From positions 1 to 23,396 of the forward strand of contig JBDGTS010000049.1 in the NCBI GenBank assembly GCA_042216675.1: a DNA stretch of 23,396 bases. The letters are read 5' to 3'. The stretch comes from Halobacteriaceae archaeon. GTDB taxonomy: Archaea > Halobacteriota > Halobacteria > Halobacteriales > Halobacteriaceae. Made by a program: the position numbers and the translations under genes. Under the pieces are notes generated by a model, which saw nothing but the letters and a program-made list of their open reading frames with translations, had not been told where the DNA came from and did not search any database. Numbering within the stretch: position 1 is the stretch's first letter; the number at the start of each line of letters is the position of its first letter. Shown here piece by piece: positions 7,092 to 15,631 of this stretch.

Positions 7092-8015
7092 TCAGCGCTC
7101 GTCGTGAGGGTTCGCCGGGTCGCTCATCGGCGTCGGGCGCTGGAACTCGTCGAAGCGCTCTACCCCTTCGGGGAGTGCGTAGCCCAGTTCTCGCTCGTCT
7201 TTGTTCCGCTCGCCGCCCTCCTCGACGGGGACGGCCTCGTCCTCGAAGCCGGGTTTCACTTTCACGCTCTTGGCGGGCATCCCGACGGCGACGTGGTGGG
7301 CCGGCACGTCCTTCTGGACGACGGCGCGGGCGCCGACGAGGGCGTTCCGACCGACCTTGCACCCGGCGCTCACCATCGCGTCGTAGGTGACGCGGGCGTC
7401 GTCCTCGATGATGGTGTGGTAGTTCCTGACCTCCGTCTGGTCCACCACGTCGTGGTCGTGGCTGTACACGTGGACGCCGTCGGAGATTGAGACGCGGTCA
7501 CCGATGGTGAGTTTCCCCCGGTCGTCGAGGTGCACGTCGTCGTGGACGACGGTGTTGTCGCCCACCTCGATGTTGTGGCCGTAGGAGAAGGTGACGCCCT
7601 TGAAGATGCGGAGGTTGTCGCCCGCCTCCGCGAACAGGTGGTCGGCGAGCATCTGCCGAAAGCGGAGGGCGAACTCGATGTTGTCGGCCATCGGCGTGGC
7701 GTCGAACTGTCGCCAGAGCCACTGGAGATACTTCGACTCGCGGAACTGCTCCTCGTCCTTCTCCGCGTAGTATTCGCTCTCCAGCGTGGAGTTGCAGGGG
7801 TCGTAGCCCTGCAGGCGGACCTGCTCGGCCGCCGAGACGTCCTCGCCGGCCTGCCAGCGCTCGTAGGCCTCGCGGTCACCGTGCAGGTCCACCAGCACGT
7901 CCGTGACGACTTCGCAGGTGTCCTCGTCGGAGGCCAACCGTTCGTCGACCTCGTCGACGAATTCCCGGACACCCGACTCCGCCTCCTCGGGGAGGGAGAC
8001 GTGTCGCTTCGTCAT
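7092..8015 (-). CDS. Hexapeptide-repeat (left-handed beta-helix) acyltransferase with N-terminal extension
   Basis: YGHNIEVGDNTVVHDDVHLDDRGKLTIGDRVSISDGVHVYSHDH ... VGRNALVGARAVVQKDVP ... GMPAK. Confidence 0.88.
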   Translation of the reverse strand: MTKRHVSLPEEAESGVREFVDEVDERLASDEDTCEVVTDVLVDLHGDREAYERWQAGEDVSAAEQVRLQGYDPCNSTLESEYYAEKDEEQFRESKYLQWLWRQFDATPMADNIEFALRFRQMLADHLFAEAGDNLRIFKGVTFSYGHNIEVGDNTVVHDDVHLDDRGKLTIGDRVSISDGVHVYSHDHDVVDQTEVRNYHTIIEDDARVTYDAMVSAGCKVGRNALVGARAVVQKDVPAHHVAVGMPAKSVKVKPGFEDEAVPVEEGGERNKDERELGYALPEGVERFDEFQRPTPMSDPANPHDER

Positions 8016-8103
8016 ACCCCGTGCATATCCCGCGCGCTCTCATAGGGGTTTCCGTCCCGGCACCGATGCCCGCCACCGGTCGGAGACCGCGCGACGACCC
8101 GCC

Positions 8104-9555
8104 TCAGGCGAGGAAGACGTGGCGCGGCCGGTCGACCAACACGTCGCGGCCCCACGCCACCGTCTCGCTGAACTCGTCCGAGCGGAAAAACGCCATCGCG
8201 TCCTCCTTCGCGTCCCACTGGCTGGCGATGAACATGTCGTTCTCGTCCTCGACGTTCACCATCAGGTCCGTTTCGACGTGGCCGTCCATGTCCACGAGGA
8301 GGTCCTCGACACTCTCGAACGTCTCCACGAAGTCCGCTCGGTGCTCGGGTTTCGTCTCGTAGAACATTCCCATCGTGCCGAATCCGGACCCCTCCTCCGC
8401 CTCGGCGCGGGGCACCACGTCGGGCAGGTCCGCGAGGAACCCGGCGGCCGTGTCGGCGGCGCTCGCCGTCTCCCAGATGCTGACGACGGCGCCCCTGTCG
8501 GCGTCCAGCGCCTCGTAGACGGCCGTCTTCACGTGCGTGTCGTAGTGTTCGAAGTTCCCGCGGAGGCCGTCGACCTCCTCGAACAGGTCGTCGGGGTCGG
8601 CCTCGGAGTAGAGGACCGTCGCGTACACGTCCTCGCCGTGGGGTTGGCCGGCGTAGATGTCGAGGTCAGCGAGTTCGCCGCGGATGTCGCCCTCGTCCGC
8701 TGTCTCCTCCTCGTCGTGGTCGTAGTTGGCCTCCTCGTCGCTCTCGCCGTGGGTCGTCTCGTGGTGGCCCTCGCCCTCGGCCGGCACGGCTTCGCCGGCC
8801 ATGAACGAACCGAGGTCGGCCGGCGGGAAGCGCTTCCCGACGAGGAAGCGCCCGAAGTCGCTGTACTCCGCGGACGCCTCGTCGAAGCGCATCTCGTAGA
8901 CGATGTCCTTGAGGTCGACGGGGTCCTCCGCGAACAGGGTGACGCCCCACTCCCAGTCGTCGAGGCCGACGCTGGAGGCGATGACCTGTCGCACGCGGCC
9001 GCCGTACTCCCGACCGGTGTCGCCGTGTTCGGCCATCATCTCCGCGCGCTCCTCGAAGGGGAGCGTGTACCAGTTCGCGTCGGGGTCCCGGCGCCGGTCC
9101 ATCGGGTAGAAGGAGACGTAGGTGTCGTCGGGAATCTCGGGTTCGAGTTTCCCCTCGATGTAGCGCACGAGGCCCGGGTCGGCCTCCTCGTCCTCGGCGA
9201 AGTACTCGTCGGAGACGTAGTCGCTGACCTCTGTCACGGAGACGTAGGAGTCCGTGCGCTCCGTGAACGACGCGAACGCCGTCGTCTCGAAGCAGCGTTC
9301 GGCCCTGTCGAGGGCGTCGAGCGTCGGCCGGGCGTGGATGACCAGCAGGTCGGCCTCGTGGCCGAGCACGGTGAACGTCGCGGATTCGCCCTCCGGCGCG
9401 TCCTCGACGGCCTCGTGGGACTGGAGGTAGTCACGCCCCTCCGCGAGCGCAGTCTCCCGGCGCCGCTCGGGCGCGTCGCGCCACGCGTCCCAGTCTATCG
9501 CCCGGAAGTCGTGGAGCATGTACCAACCCTCGACTGTCGTGGGGGCCTCAGGCAT
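8104..9555 (-). CDS. pitA: PitA: chlorite dismutase/coproheme decarboxylase (ChdC/HemQ)-like domain fused to an antibiotic-biosynthesis-monooxygenase domain
   Basis: EGWYMLHDFR, FYPMDRRR..NWYTLPFEER..MAEHG, SVGLDDWEWGVTLF, YEMRFDEASA; acidic His-containing linker; C-terminal GTMGMFY...MFIASQW; start ATG 9555. Confidence 0.92.
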   Translation of the reverse strand: MPEAPTTVEGWYMLHDFRAIDWDAWRDAPERRRETALAEGRDYLQSHEAVEDAPEGESATFTVLGHEADLLVIHARPTLDALDRAERCFETTAFASFTERTDSYVSVTEVSDYVSDEYFAEDEEADPGLVRYIEGKLEPEIPDDTYVSFYPMDRRRDPDANWYTLPFEERAEMMAEHGDTGREYGGRVRQVIASSVGLDDWEWGVTLFAEDPVDLKDIVYEMRFDEASAEYSDFGRFLVGKRFPPADLGSFMAGEAVPAEGEGHHETTHGESDEEANYDHDEEETADEGDIRGELADLDIYAGQPHGEDVYATVLYSEADPDDLFEEVDGLRGNFEHYDTHVKTAVYEALDADRGAVVSIWETASAADTAAGFLADLPDVVPRAEAEEGSGFGTMGMFYETKPEHRADFVETFESVEDLLVDMDGHVETDLMVNVEDENDMFIASQWDAKEDAMAFFRSDEFSETVAWGRDVLVDRPRHVFLA

Positions 9556-9600
9556 GTGCGCCGGTTGGGAACCGCCGGACAAGGGTCTTTCCGTCGGCCG

Positions 9601-11370
9601 TCAGGGGACCAGTTGGCCGCCGCTCAGCAGGACCGCCAGCGCCGCCAGCATCACCAGCTGCACGGCGAGGGTGGCCGCGGTGACGAGCCGCTCCCCGTTC
9701 GACACCGGAAGGCGTGAGACGACGCCCTCGAACGACGTGCGGAGGATGTGCCCGCCGTCCAGCAGGAACGTCGGCACGCAGTTGAAGAAGGCGAGGTTGA
9801 CGTTGATCCACGCCGTCCAGAACAGCCCGTTCGCCAGCGCGAACACGCCGCCCCCGAGCACCGAGAGCGGCCCCGAGACGGTGACGAAGTTCGCCACCGG
9901 CCCGACGAAGCCGGCGAAATTGTACGGGAGCGCCGCCACGCCCGCCTCACCGATGAGCGGCAGGGAGAGCAGGAGGTAGAGATACGCCCCGAGCGACATG
10001 CCGCCGAAGGACTCACACTGCGGGCAGTCCCCGCCCAGCAGCCCCAGATAGCGCCCCATCGGATACGTCTCGACGCCGAAGTCACTGACTTCCATCCCGC
10101 TCACGCCGGGGCTGAGGTAGACGCCGAGATACGCCTCGCCGCCGCTCTCCCCGAGGGTCACCTCGCGGACGGACCGCTCGCCGTTCACGTACAGCGTCAC
10201 CGACACCGTCTCGCTCGGCGACTGCCGGTCGAGGACGTCCGAGAGGTCGCCGCTCGTGAGCGTCCGTTCGCCCGCGACGCTCGTCACGACGCCCGAGGCG
10301 TTCGCCGCGACGGTCGACGAGAGCGGCCCGCCCGACACCACCCGGACGTAGGCCCCCATCGGGGCCGTCGCCGTCCGGCCGTCCGCCGTTCGGAGCGTCG
10401 CGACCGGCCGGTCACGCAGAGCGTCGCGGAACGCGGCCGTCGTGTTCACCCGCGTCCCGTTCACCGCGACGACGGTGTCGTTCAGGTCGAAGGGCACCGG
10501 CCCCGACTCGACGATGGCGGTCACCAGCACCGAGCGAGTCACCGTCACTGACGGCCCGGACTTCCGGTCGACGGTGACCTGCCGCGTCGAGAGGTTGTCG
10601 AGAACGGCGTTCAGGTCTTCGTTCGTCTCGATGCTCCGGTTCTCGACGCCGGTGATGACGTCGCCGCCGTCGATGCCCGCCGTCGCCGCCGGCGACCCCG
10701 GCAAGGTGCCGCCGACTGCCGCCCCGGAGACGACGCCCAGCGACCCGACGACGGGACCGAGCAACAGCAGCATGGCGAGGATGGTGATGGCGAAGTTGTT
10801 CGTCACCCCCGCCGCGAACATCCGGGCCTTGCCACCCCTGTCGGCGGCCTCTTGGCTCTCCTCGTCGGGTTGGACGAACGCGCCCGCCGGGACGATCGTG
10901 AGAAAGACGACTCCCATCGAGTCGATGTCGATGTCCTCGACCCGACAGAGGATGCCGTGCCCCCCTTCGTGCACGACGAGGCCGATGACGAGGCCGAGGA
11001 CGATTTCGGGCGCGACTGCCGGCGGGAGGAAGTCGTTCAGGCCGGGGATGATGAGGTGGTTCCGGGGTTCGCTGAGGGGACTCGACGCTGGCGGCGGGTT
11101 CTGGACGAGTGCGACGGCCGCGAGGAGCAGTGCGAGCAGGGACCCGACCATCACCACGAGGGCGACGCCGAGACCGATGTTCCCCCACGCACGCCAGAAT
11201 CGTCTCGGGCGGGCGATGCGGTCGAGGAGGGCGCGGCCGCGCTTCGTGTGGATGTTCACGAGGGGACCGTACACCTTCACCGACTCCGGGAGCAGGCCCC
11301 GTGTGCGGAGGAGCGTGGCGCCGACCCAGAAGACGAGGACTCCGGCCAGCACCCACGTCAGGGGACTCAT
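9601..11370 (-). CDS. Site-2 protease (M50) with PDZ-like extracytoplasmic domains
   Basis: HEGGH, GAFVQPD, AAGVTNN, NCVPTFLLDGGH; PDZ-like GSPAATAGIDGGDVITGV; start ATG 11370. Confidence 0.92.
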   Translation of the reverse strand: MSPLTWVLAGVLVFWVGATLLRTRGLLPESVKVYGPLVNIHTKRGRALLDRIARPRRFWRAWGNIGLGVALVVMVGSLLALLLAAVALVQNPPPASSPLSEPRNHLIIPGLNDFLPPAVAPEIVLGLVIGLVVHEGGHGILCRVEDIDIDSMGVVFLTIVPAGAFVQPDEESQEAADRGGKARMFAAGVTNNFAITILAMLLLLGPVVGSLGVVSGAAVGGTLPGSPAATAGIDGGDVITGVENRSIETNEDLNAVLDNLSTRQVTVDRKSGPSVTVTRSVLVTAIVESGPVPFDLNDTVVAVNGTRVNTTAAFRDALRDRPVATLRTADGRTATAPMGAYVRVVSGGPLSSTVAANASGVVTSVAGERTLTSGDLSDVLDRQSPSETVSVTLYVNGERSVREVTLGESGGEAYLGVYLSPGVSGMEVSDFGVETYPMGRYLGLLGGDCPQCESFGGMSLGAYLYLLLSLPLIGEAGVAALPYNFAGFVGPVANFVTVSGPLSVLGGGVFALANGLFWTAWINVNLAFFNCVPTFLLDGGHILRTSFEGVVSRLPVSNGERLVTAATLAVQLVMLAALAVLLSGGQLVP

Positions 11371-11410
11371 TATGTGCCGCAAGTGCTGTCGCGGTCAAAG
11401 CCGTTGGGGT

Positions 11411-12097
11411 TCAGGCCGTCTCGGGGACTACGTCGGTGCCGTCGTGTTCCCCGTCGAGAACCGCACGCACGATGCGCTGTGGGTCGGTACCGTCGAGGAC
11501 GACGGCGTGGAGGCCCGAGCGCTCGATGAGTTTCGCCGCCAGCAGGTCCACGGGAGCGGAACTGCCCGCCGCCATCTCGATGCCGGCGATGACGTCCACC
11601 AACTCCGCTGGGGTGAGCGAGTCGAATCGGGTCGCGTCGGGGTCGACGTTCGGGTCCGCGTCGAACACGCCGGGGACGCTGGTGGCGTAGACGAGACGGT
11701 CCGCGTTCACGTACTCCGCGAGGGCCGCGCTGACGGCGTCGGTGGTGTGGCCGGCAACCGTCCCGCCCATCAGAGCCACCTCGTCCCGGGCGAGGGCGGC
11801 GCGGGCCTCCTCGTACGTCTCCGCGGGCACGGGCGCTGCGAGGCCGTCGAGGGCCGCCGCGAGGACGCGGGCGTTCAGGCGCGTCACGGCGATGCCGATG
11901 TCGTCGAGTTGAATCTCGTTGGCGTCGAGTTCGCGCGCAGACTCGATGTAGTCCCGAGCGACGCTCCCACCGCCCACGACGACGCCGACGTCGTGGCCCG
12001 CCTCGGCCAGACGCTCGATGGCGACGGCGTGTTCAGCGACTCGCTCGGGGTCCTCCGGGGCCAACACGCTCCCGCCGACGGCGACGACGACACGCAT
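11411..12097 (-). CDS. pyrH: UMP kinase (archaeal type)
   Basis: VVAVGGSVL, VVVGGGSVARDYI, DDIGIAVTRLNA, GHTTDAVSA, GVFDADP; start ATG 12097. Confidence 0.95.
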   Translation of the reverse strand: MRVVVAVGGSVLAPEDPERVAEHAVAIERLAEAGHDVGVVVGGGSVARDYIESARELDANEIQLDDIGIAVTRLNARVLAAALDGLAAPVPAETYEEARAALARDEVALMGGTVAGHTTDAVSAALAEYVNADRLVYATSVPGVFDADPNVDPDATRFDSLTPAELVDVIAGIEMAAGSSAPVDLLAAKLIERSGLHAVVLDGTDPQRIVRAVLDGEHDGTDVVPETA

Positions 12098-12300
12098 TGC
12101 CGCGACGTTGTGAGGTCGCGACAATAAGTCGCCCGGTCGGCGCGGGCGGTCCGGCCCCGGTGGCGCCATTCGACGCCGGATAAAGTATTAGCGGCGGCGA
12201 TAAAATGTCTCGAACGCTCTCGTCCCGTTTTTACGGTCCGAATTCACGACGGTTCACGGCGCAAAACGGCGAAGCGAGGTGAAACAGGTCGAACGTTCTC

Positions 12301-12330
12301 CCCCTTATAACATGCCGACGCCACAAGGGG
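12301..12330 (+). promoter_or_regulatory. TATA box (TTATAA) inside an inverted repeat, upstream of the wHTH gene
   Basis: CCCCTTAT(12301-12308)...ACAAGGGG(12323-12330); TTATAA at 12305-12310, ATG at 12343. Confidence 0.6.
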
Positions 12331-12342
12331 TGAGCGAGGACA

Positions 12343-12585
12343 ATGAGCGCAACTACGCCCTCCACGGACGGCGAAGACAAGGAGTCCCGCCTGCGTCGCT
12401 ATCTCCGCGAAAAGGCCGCCGACGGCGAGGTGTACTTCAAGAGCAAGTTCATCGCCGACGAGGTGGGGCTGTCGCCGAAGGAGATCGGTGCGCTGATGGT
12501 CAAACTCCGCGAGTCCGCTGGCGACCTCGAGGTCGAGAAGTGGTCGTACACGGGCGCGACGACGTGGCGCGTCGAACACGCCTGA
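12343..12585 (+). CDS. Small winged-helix DNA-binding-like protein (DUF7123-like)
   Basis: 80 aa; YFKSKFIADEVGLSPKEIGALM..L...VEKWSYTGATTWRV fits a helix-turn-helix plus wing. Confidence 0.78.
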   Translation: MSATTPSTDGEDKESRLRRYLREKAADGEVYFKSKFIADEVGLSPKEIGALMVKLRESAGDLEVEKWSYTGATTWRVEHA

Positions 12586-12594
12586 CGGTATCGA

Positions 12595-12606
12595 GGATTT
12601 AAATCC
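12595..12606 (+). promoter_or_regulatory. Palindromic TATA-like box of the second site-2 protease gene
   Basis: Perfect palindrome GGATTTAAATCC; TTTAAA ends about 26 bp before ATG 12629. Confidence 0.6.
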
Positions 12607-12628
12607 GTCGGGGGTCTACGACCGACGG

Positions 12629-13804
12629 ATGACAGAGGAACCGACGGCCACAGGTCCCCCGGCCGACGACGTTCCGCCCGTCACGGGACGCGCCCCGCCG
12701 GGCGCCCCCGACCCCGAGTCGTTCAAGTCCGCGTTCTCCACCTACGAAGTCCGCGAGAACGACGGCGAAATCGTCTACCTCGGTGACCCGCTCGCGAACG
12801 AGCGCGAGATTCTGCGGGCCACCTACGACCGCTTCCGCGAGGCGGGCTACGACGTGTCCTTCGACCGCCGCACCGGCGAGTACGCCCTCGTCGCGGAGCC
12901 GCGCGACGAGAACGGCCGTGGCTTCTCGTGGCTCAACGCCGTTCTCTTCCTCGCCACCGTGGGAACGACGCTCTACTCGGGTGCGCTCTGGTACTACGTG
13001 TTCACGCGCCACGACGTGGGTGCGAACCCGCTGGGACTGCTCGACGCCCTCCCGTTCGTCGTGGGGGTGCTGGGCGTCCTCGGGATTCACGAACTCGGCC
13101 ACTACGCGATGAGCCGCTACCACGGCGTCGAGGCGTCGCTCCCCTACTTCATCCCGATGTTGCCGCCGTTCGGGACGTGGGGCGCGGTGATACGGATGCA
13201 GGGCCACTTCCCCGACCGGAAGTCGCTGTTCGACGTCGGCGTCGCCGGACCGCTGGCCGGCCTCGTCGCCGCCGTCGTCGTCACCGCCGTCGGCCTGACG
13301 CTCCCGCCCATCACCGTCCCTGAGTCCATCCGCCAGTCCACGGACATGCTGACCATCCACTTCAGCTATCCGCCGCTGTTCCGCGCCGTCGCGTGGGCGA
13401 TGGGCGAGCGACTCTCGTACGGGCCGACGAAGGCCGTCAATCCGATGGTGATGGGCGGCTGGATCGGGATGTTCGTCACCGTCCTCAATCTCCTCCCCGT
13501 CGGCCAACTCGACGGCGGCCACATGATGCGGGCGATGCTCGGCCCCAAACACGAGCGACTGGCGAAACTCGTGCCGCTCGCCCCCTTCGCCGTCGCGGCC
13601 TACGTCTACCTCGTGACGAACGCGACGGACTCGGTGGGCATCTGGGTGCTGTGGGGCCTCATCGCGACGGTGATGGTCCGCGTCGGCCCGGTGACGCCCG
13701 TCGCCGAGGACGCCCTCGACCGGAAGCGCGTCGCCCTCGGCGCCGTCACGTTCGTCCTCGGCGTCCTCTGCTTCACGCCGGTGCCCATCTCCATCTCGGC
13801 CTAA
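12629..13804 (+). CDS. Site-2 protease (M50) metalloprotease
   Basis: HELGH, SLPYFIP, GAVIRM, LFDVGVAGPLAG, NLLPVGQLDGGH; multiple transmembrane segments. Confidence 0.93.
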   Translation: MTEEPTATGPPADDVPPVTGRAPPGAPDPESFKSAFSTYEVRENDGEIVYLGDPLANEREILRATYDRFREAGYDVSFDRRTGEYALVAEPRDENGRGFSWLNAVLFLATVGTTLYSGALWYYVFTRHDVGANPLGLLDALPFVVGVLGVLGIHELGHYAMSRYHGVEASLPYFIPMLPPFGTWGAVIRMQGHFPDRKSLFDVGVAGPLAGLVAAVVVTAVGLTLPPITVPESIRQSTDMLTIHFSYPPLFRAVAWAMGERLSYGPTKAVNPMVMGGWIGMFVTVLNLLPVGQLDGGHMMRAMLGPKHERLAKLVPLAPFAVAAYVYLVTNATDSVGIWVLWGLIATVMVRVGPVTPVAEDALDRKRVALGAVTFVLGVLCFTPVPISISA

Positions 13805-14673
13805 CCGTGGGTGTAGCCCCGGTCCGGGAGGGCCTCGCCGTCCATCGTCACGCCCTCGGCCGTCACCTCGCCGACGACGGAGAGCGACACCGGACAGGCC
13901 GCCGTCGCCGCGTCGAGTCGCTCTGCGGGCACCGTGCAGACGAGTTCGAAGTCCTCGCCGAAGAACACGGAGAGTTCGCGACGCTCGGCGGCCGACTCCG
14001 CCACCTCACTCACGGCGTCGGCGACGGGAATCGCGTCCACGTCGACGGCGACCCCGCAGTCGCTCGCGGCCGCCAACTGGTGGACCGACCGGGCGAGGCC
14101 GTCGCTGGAGTCCATCATCGCCGTCGCGTGCGGGGCGAGCGCCCGGCCCGCGGCCACGCGCGGCGTGAACTGGAACAGGTCGTTGCCCCGGTCGGCGTCG
14201 CCGCGCTCGAAGTGCCGGAGTCCGGCGGCGCTCCGCCCGAGCGCCCCCGTCACGCAGAGTTTGTCTCCCGGCGTCGCGCCGTCGCGGCCCACCGGGTCGT
14301 CCGTCTCGCCCAGCGCCGTCGTCGCGACGGTGAACTCGGCGTGCGTGTCGAGGTCACCGCCAGCGTAGGTGGCGTCCACGGCGTCACAGACCTCGGTGGC
14401 GCCGTCGAGGAACGCCGCCAGCGGTTCTGCCTCGAACGCGGGCGCGGCGTAGACGGCGACGGCGGCCGTCGCGTCGGCCCCCATCGCGGCCACGTCGGAG
14501 AGCGAGGCGCCGACGGCGCGCCAGCCGGCGGTGTAGCGCGTCGTCCCGTCGGGGAAGTCCGTCGACTCGTGGAGCATGTCCGTCGTGACGACGGTGTCGC
14601 CGACGACGGCGGCGTCGTCACCGGCAGTCGGCACCGCGTCGCCGACGAGGGAGAGGGCGTCGCGTTCGTCCAT
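13801..14673 (-). CDS. thiL: Thiamine-monophosphate kinase
   Basis: AGDDAAV, TTDMLHESTDF, SLSDVAAMGA, GGDLD, VTGALG, MMDSSDGL, GEDFELV. Confidence 0.95.
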   Translation of the reverse strand: MDERDALSLVGDAVPTAGDDAAVVGDTVVTTDMLHESTDFPDGTTRYTAGWRAVGASLSDVAAMGADATAAVAVYAAPAFEAEPLAAFLDGATEVCDAVDATYAGGDLDTHAEFTVATTALGETDDPVGRDGATPGDKLCVTGALGRSAAGLRHFERGDADRGNDLFQFTPRVAAGRALAPHATAMMDSSDGLARSVHQLAAASDCGVAVDVDAIPVADAVSEVAESAAERRELSVFFGEDFELVCTVPAERLDAATAACPVSLSVVGEVTAEGVTMDGEALPDRGYTHG

Positions 14674-14743
14674 GTGGGGCGACGGGCGCGGACGGGCAAA
14701 AGCCGCGGGGGTTTCGGGGCCGCGCTCGGCACACTAACGACGG

Positions 14744-14750
14744 TTTTAAA
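14744..14750 (+). promoter_or_regulatory. TATA box of rps19e operon (likely leaderless)
   Basis: TTTTAAA 25-31 bp upstream of ATG 14775. Confidence 0.65.
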
Positions 14751-14774
14751 CTGGTCGGGCGGGAACAGAACGGC

Positions 14775-15236
14775 ATGGCAACCCTCTACGACGCTCCCAC
14801 CGAGGAACTGGTGGAGGCCGTCGCCGACGAACTCGCGGACCGCGACGCAATCGAGGCCCCGGAGTGGGCCCAGTTCGCCAAGACAGGCCCGGACCGCGAA
14901 CTCCCGCCCGAGCAGGACGACTTCTGGCAGCGCCGCACGGCCAGCATCCTCCGCAAGGTGGCCGTCGACGGTCCCGTCGGCGTCGAGCGCCTCTCCACGG
15001 AGTACGGCGGCACCAAGCGCGGCACGACGCGCTTCCGCGTCGCCCCGGACCGCGGCGCGGACGCCAGCGGCTCCATCATCCGGACGGCTCTCCAGCAACT
15101 GGAGGAGGAGGACCTCGTGAAACAGGAGGGCTCCGCGGGCCGCGTCGTCACCGCCGACGGTCGCAGCCTCCTCGACACGACGGCCGGCGAGGTCCTGAAG
15201 GACCTCGACCGTCCCGAACTCGAGCGCTACGCGTAA
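14775..15236 (+). CDS. rps19e: 30S ribosomal protein S19e
   Basis: PEWAQFAKTG..RELPP...W..R.ASILRKV..GPVGVERL...YGG, SGSIIRTALQQLE, GRVVT. Confidence 0.97.
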   Translation: MATLYDAPTEELVEAVADELADRDAIEAPEWAQFAKTGPDRELPPEQDDFWQRRTASILRKVAVDGPVGVERLSTEYGGTKRGTTRFRVAPDRGADASGSIIRTALQQLEEEDLVKQEGSAGRVVTADGRSLLDTTAGEVLKDLDRPELERYA

Positions 15237-15277
15237 CAGGCGAAATCGTTTTCCACCCGTAGCGGGTATCTTCTCTC

Positions 15278-15628
15278 ATGAGCGAACGCGACGACGAAGA
15301 GCGTCTGGAGGAACTGCGAAAGCAGAAGATGCAGGAGATGCAGGAGCAGGCCGGCGGCGAAGGCAACGAGGCCGCACGCGAGGAGATGCAGGCCCAGCAG
15401 GAGGCCCAGAAGGACGCGATGCTCCGTCAGCATCTCACCGACGGCGCCCGCAAGCGCCTGAACACGGTGAAGATGAGTCGGCCCCAGTTCGCCGAACAGG
15501 CCGAGCAGCAGGTCCTCGCCCTCGCGCAGAGCGGTCGCGTGGAGGGGAAAGTCGACGAGGAACTGATGAAGGAGATTCTGCGCGAACTGACGCCCGACTC
15601 CAAGAGCTTCGACATCAGCCACCGCTGA
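15278..15628 (+). CDS. PDCD5/TFAR19-like dsDNA-binding protein
   Basis: [42 protein letters not shown]; usual position after rps19e. Confidence 0.9.
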   Translation: MSERDDEERLEELRKQKMQEMQEQAGGEGNEAAREEMQAQQEAQKDAMLRQHLTDGARKRLNTVKMSRPQFAEQAEQQVLALAQSGRVEGKVDEELMKEILRELTPDSKSFDISHR

Positions 15629-15631
15629 GCC

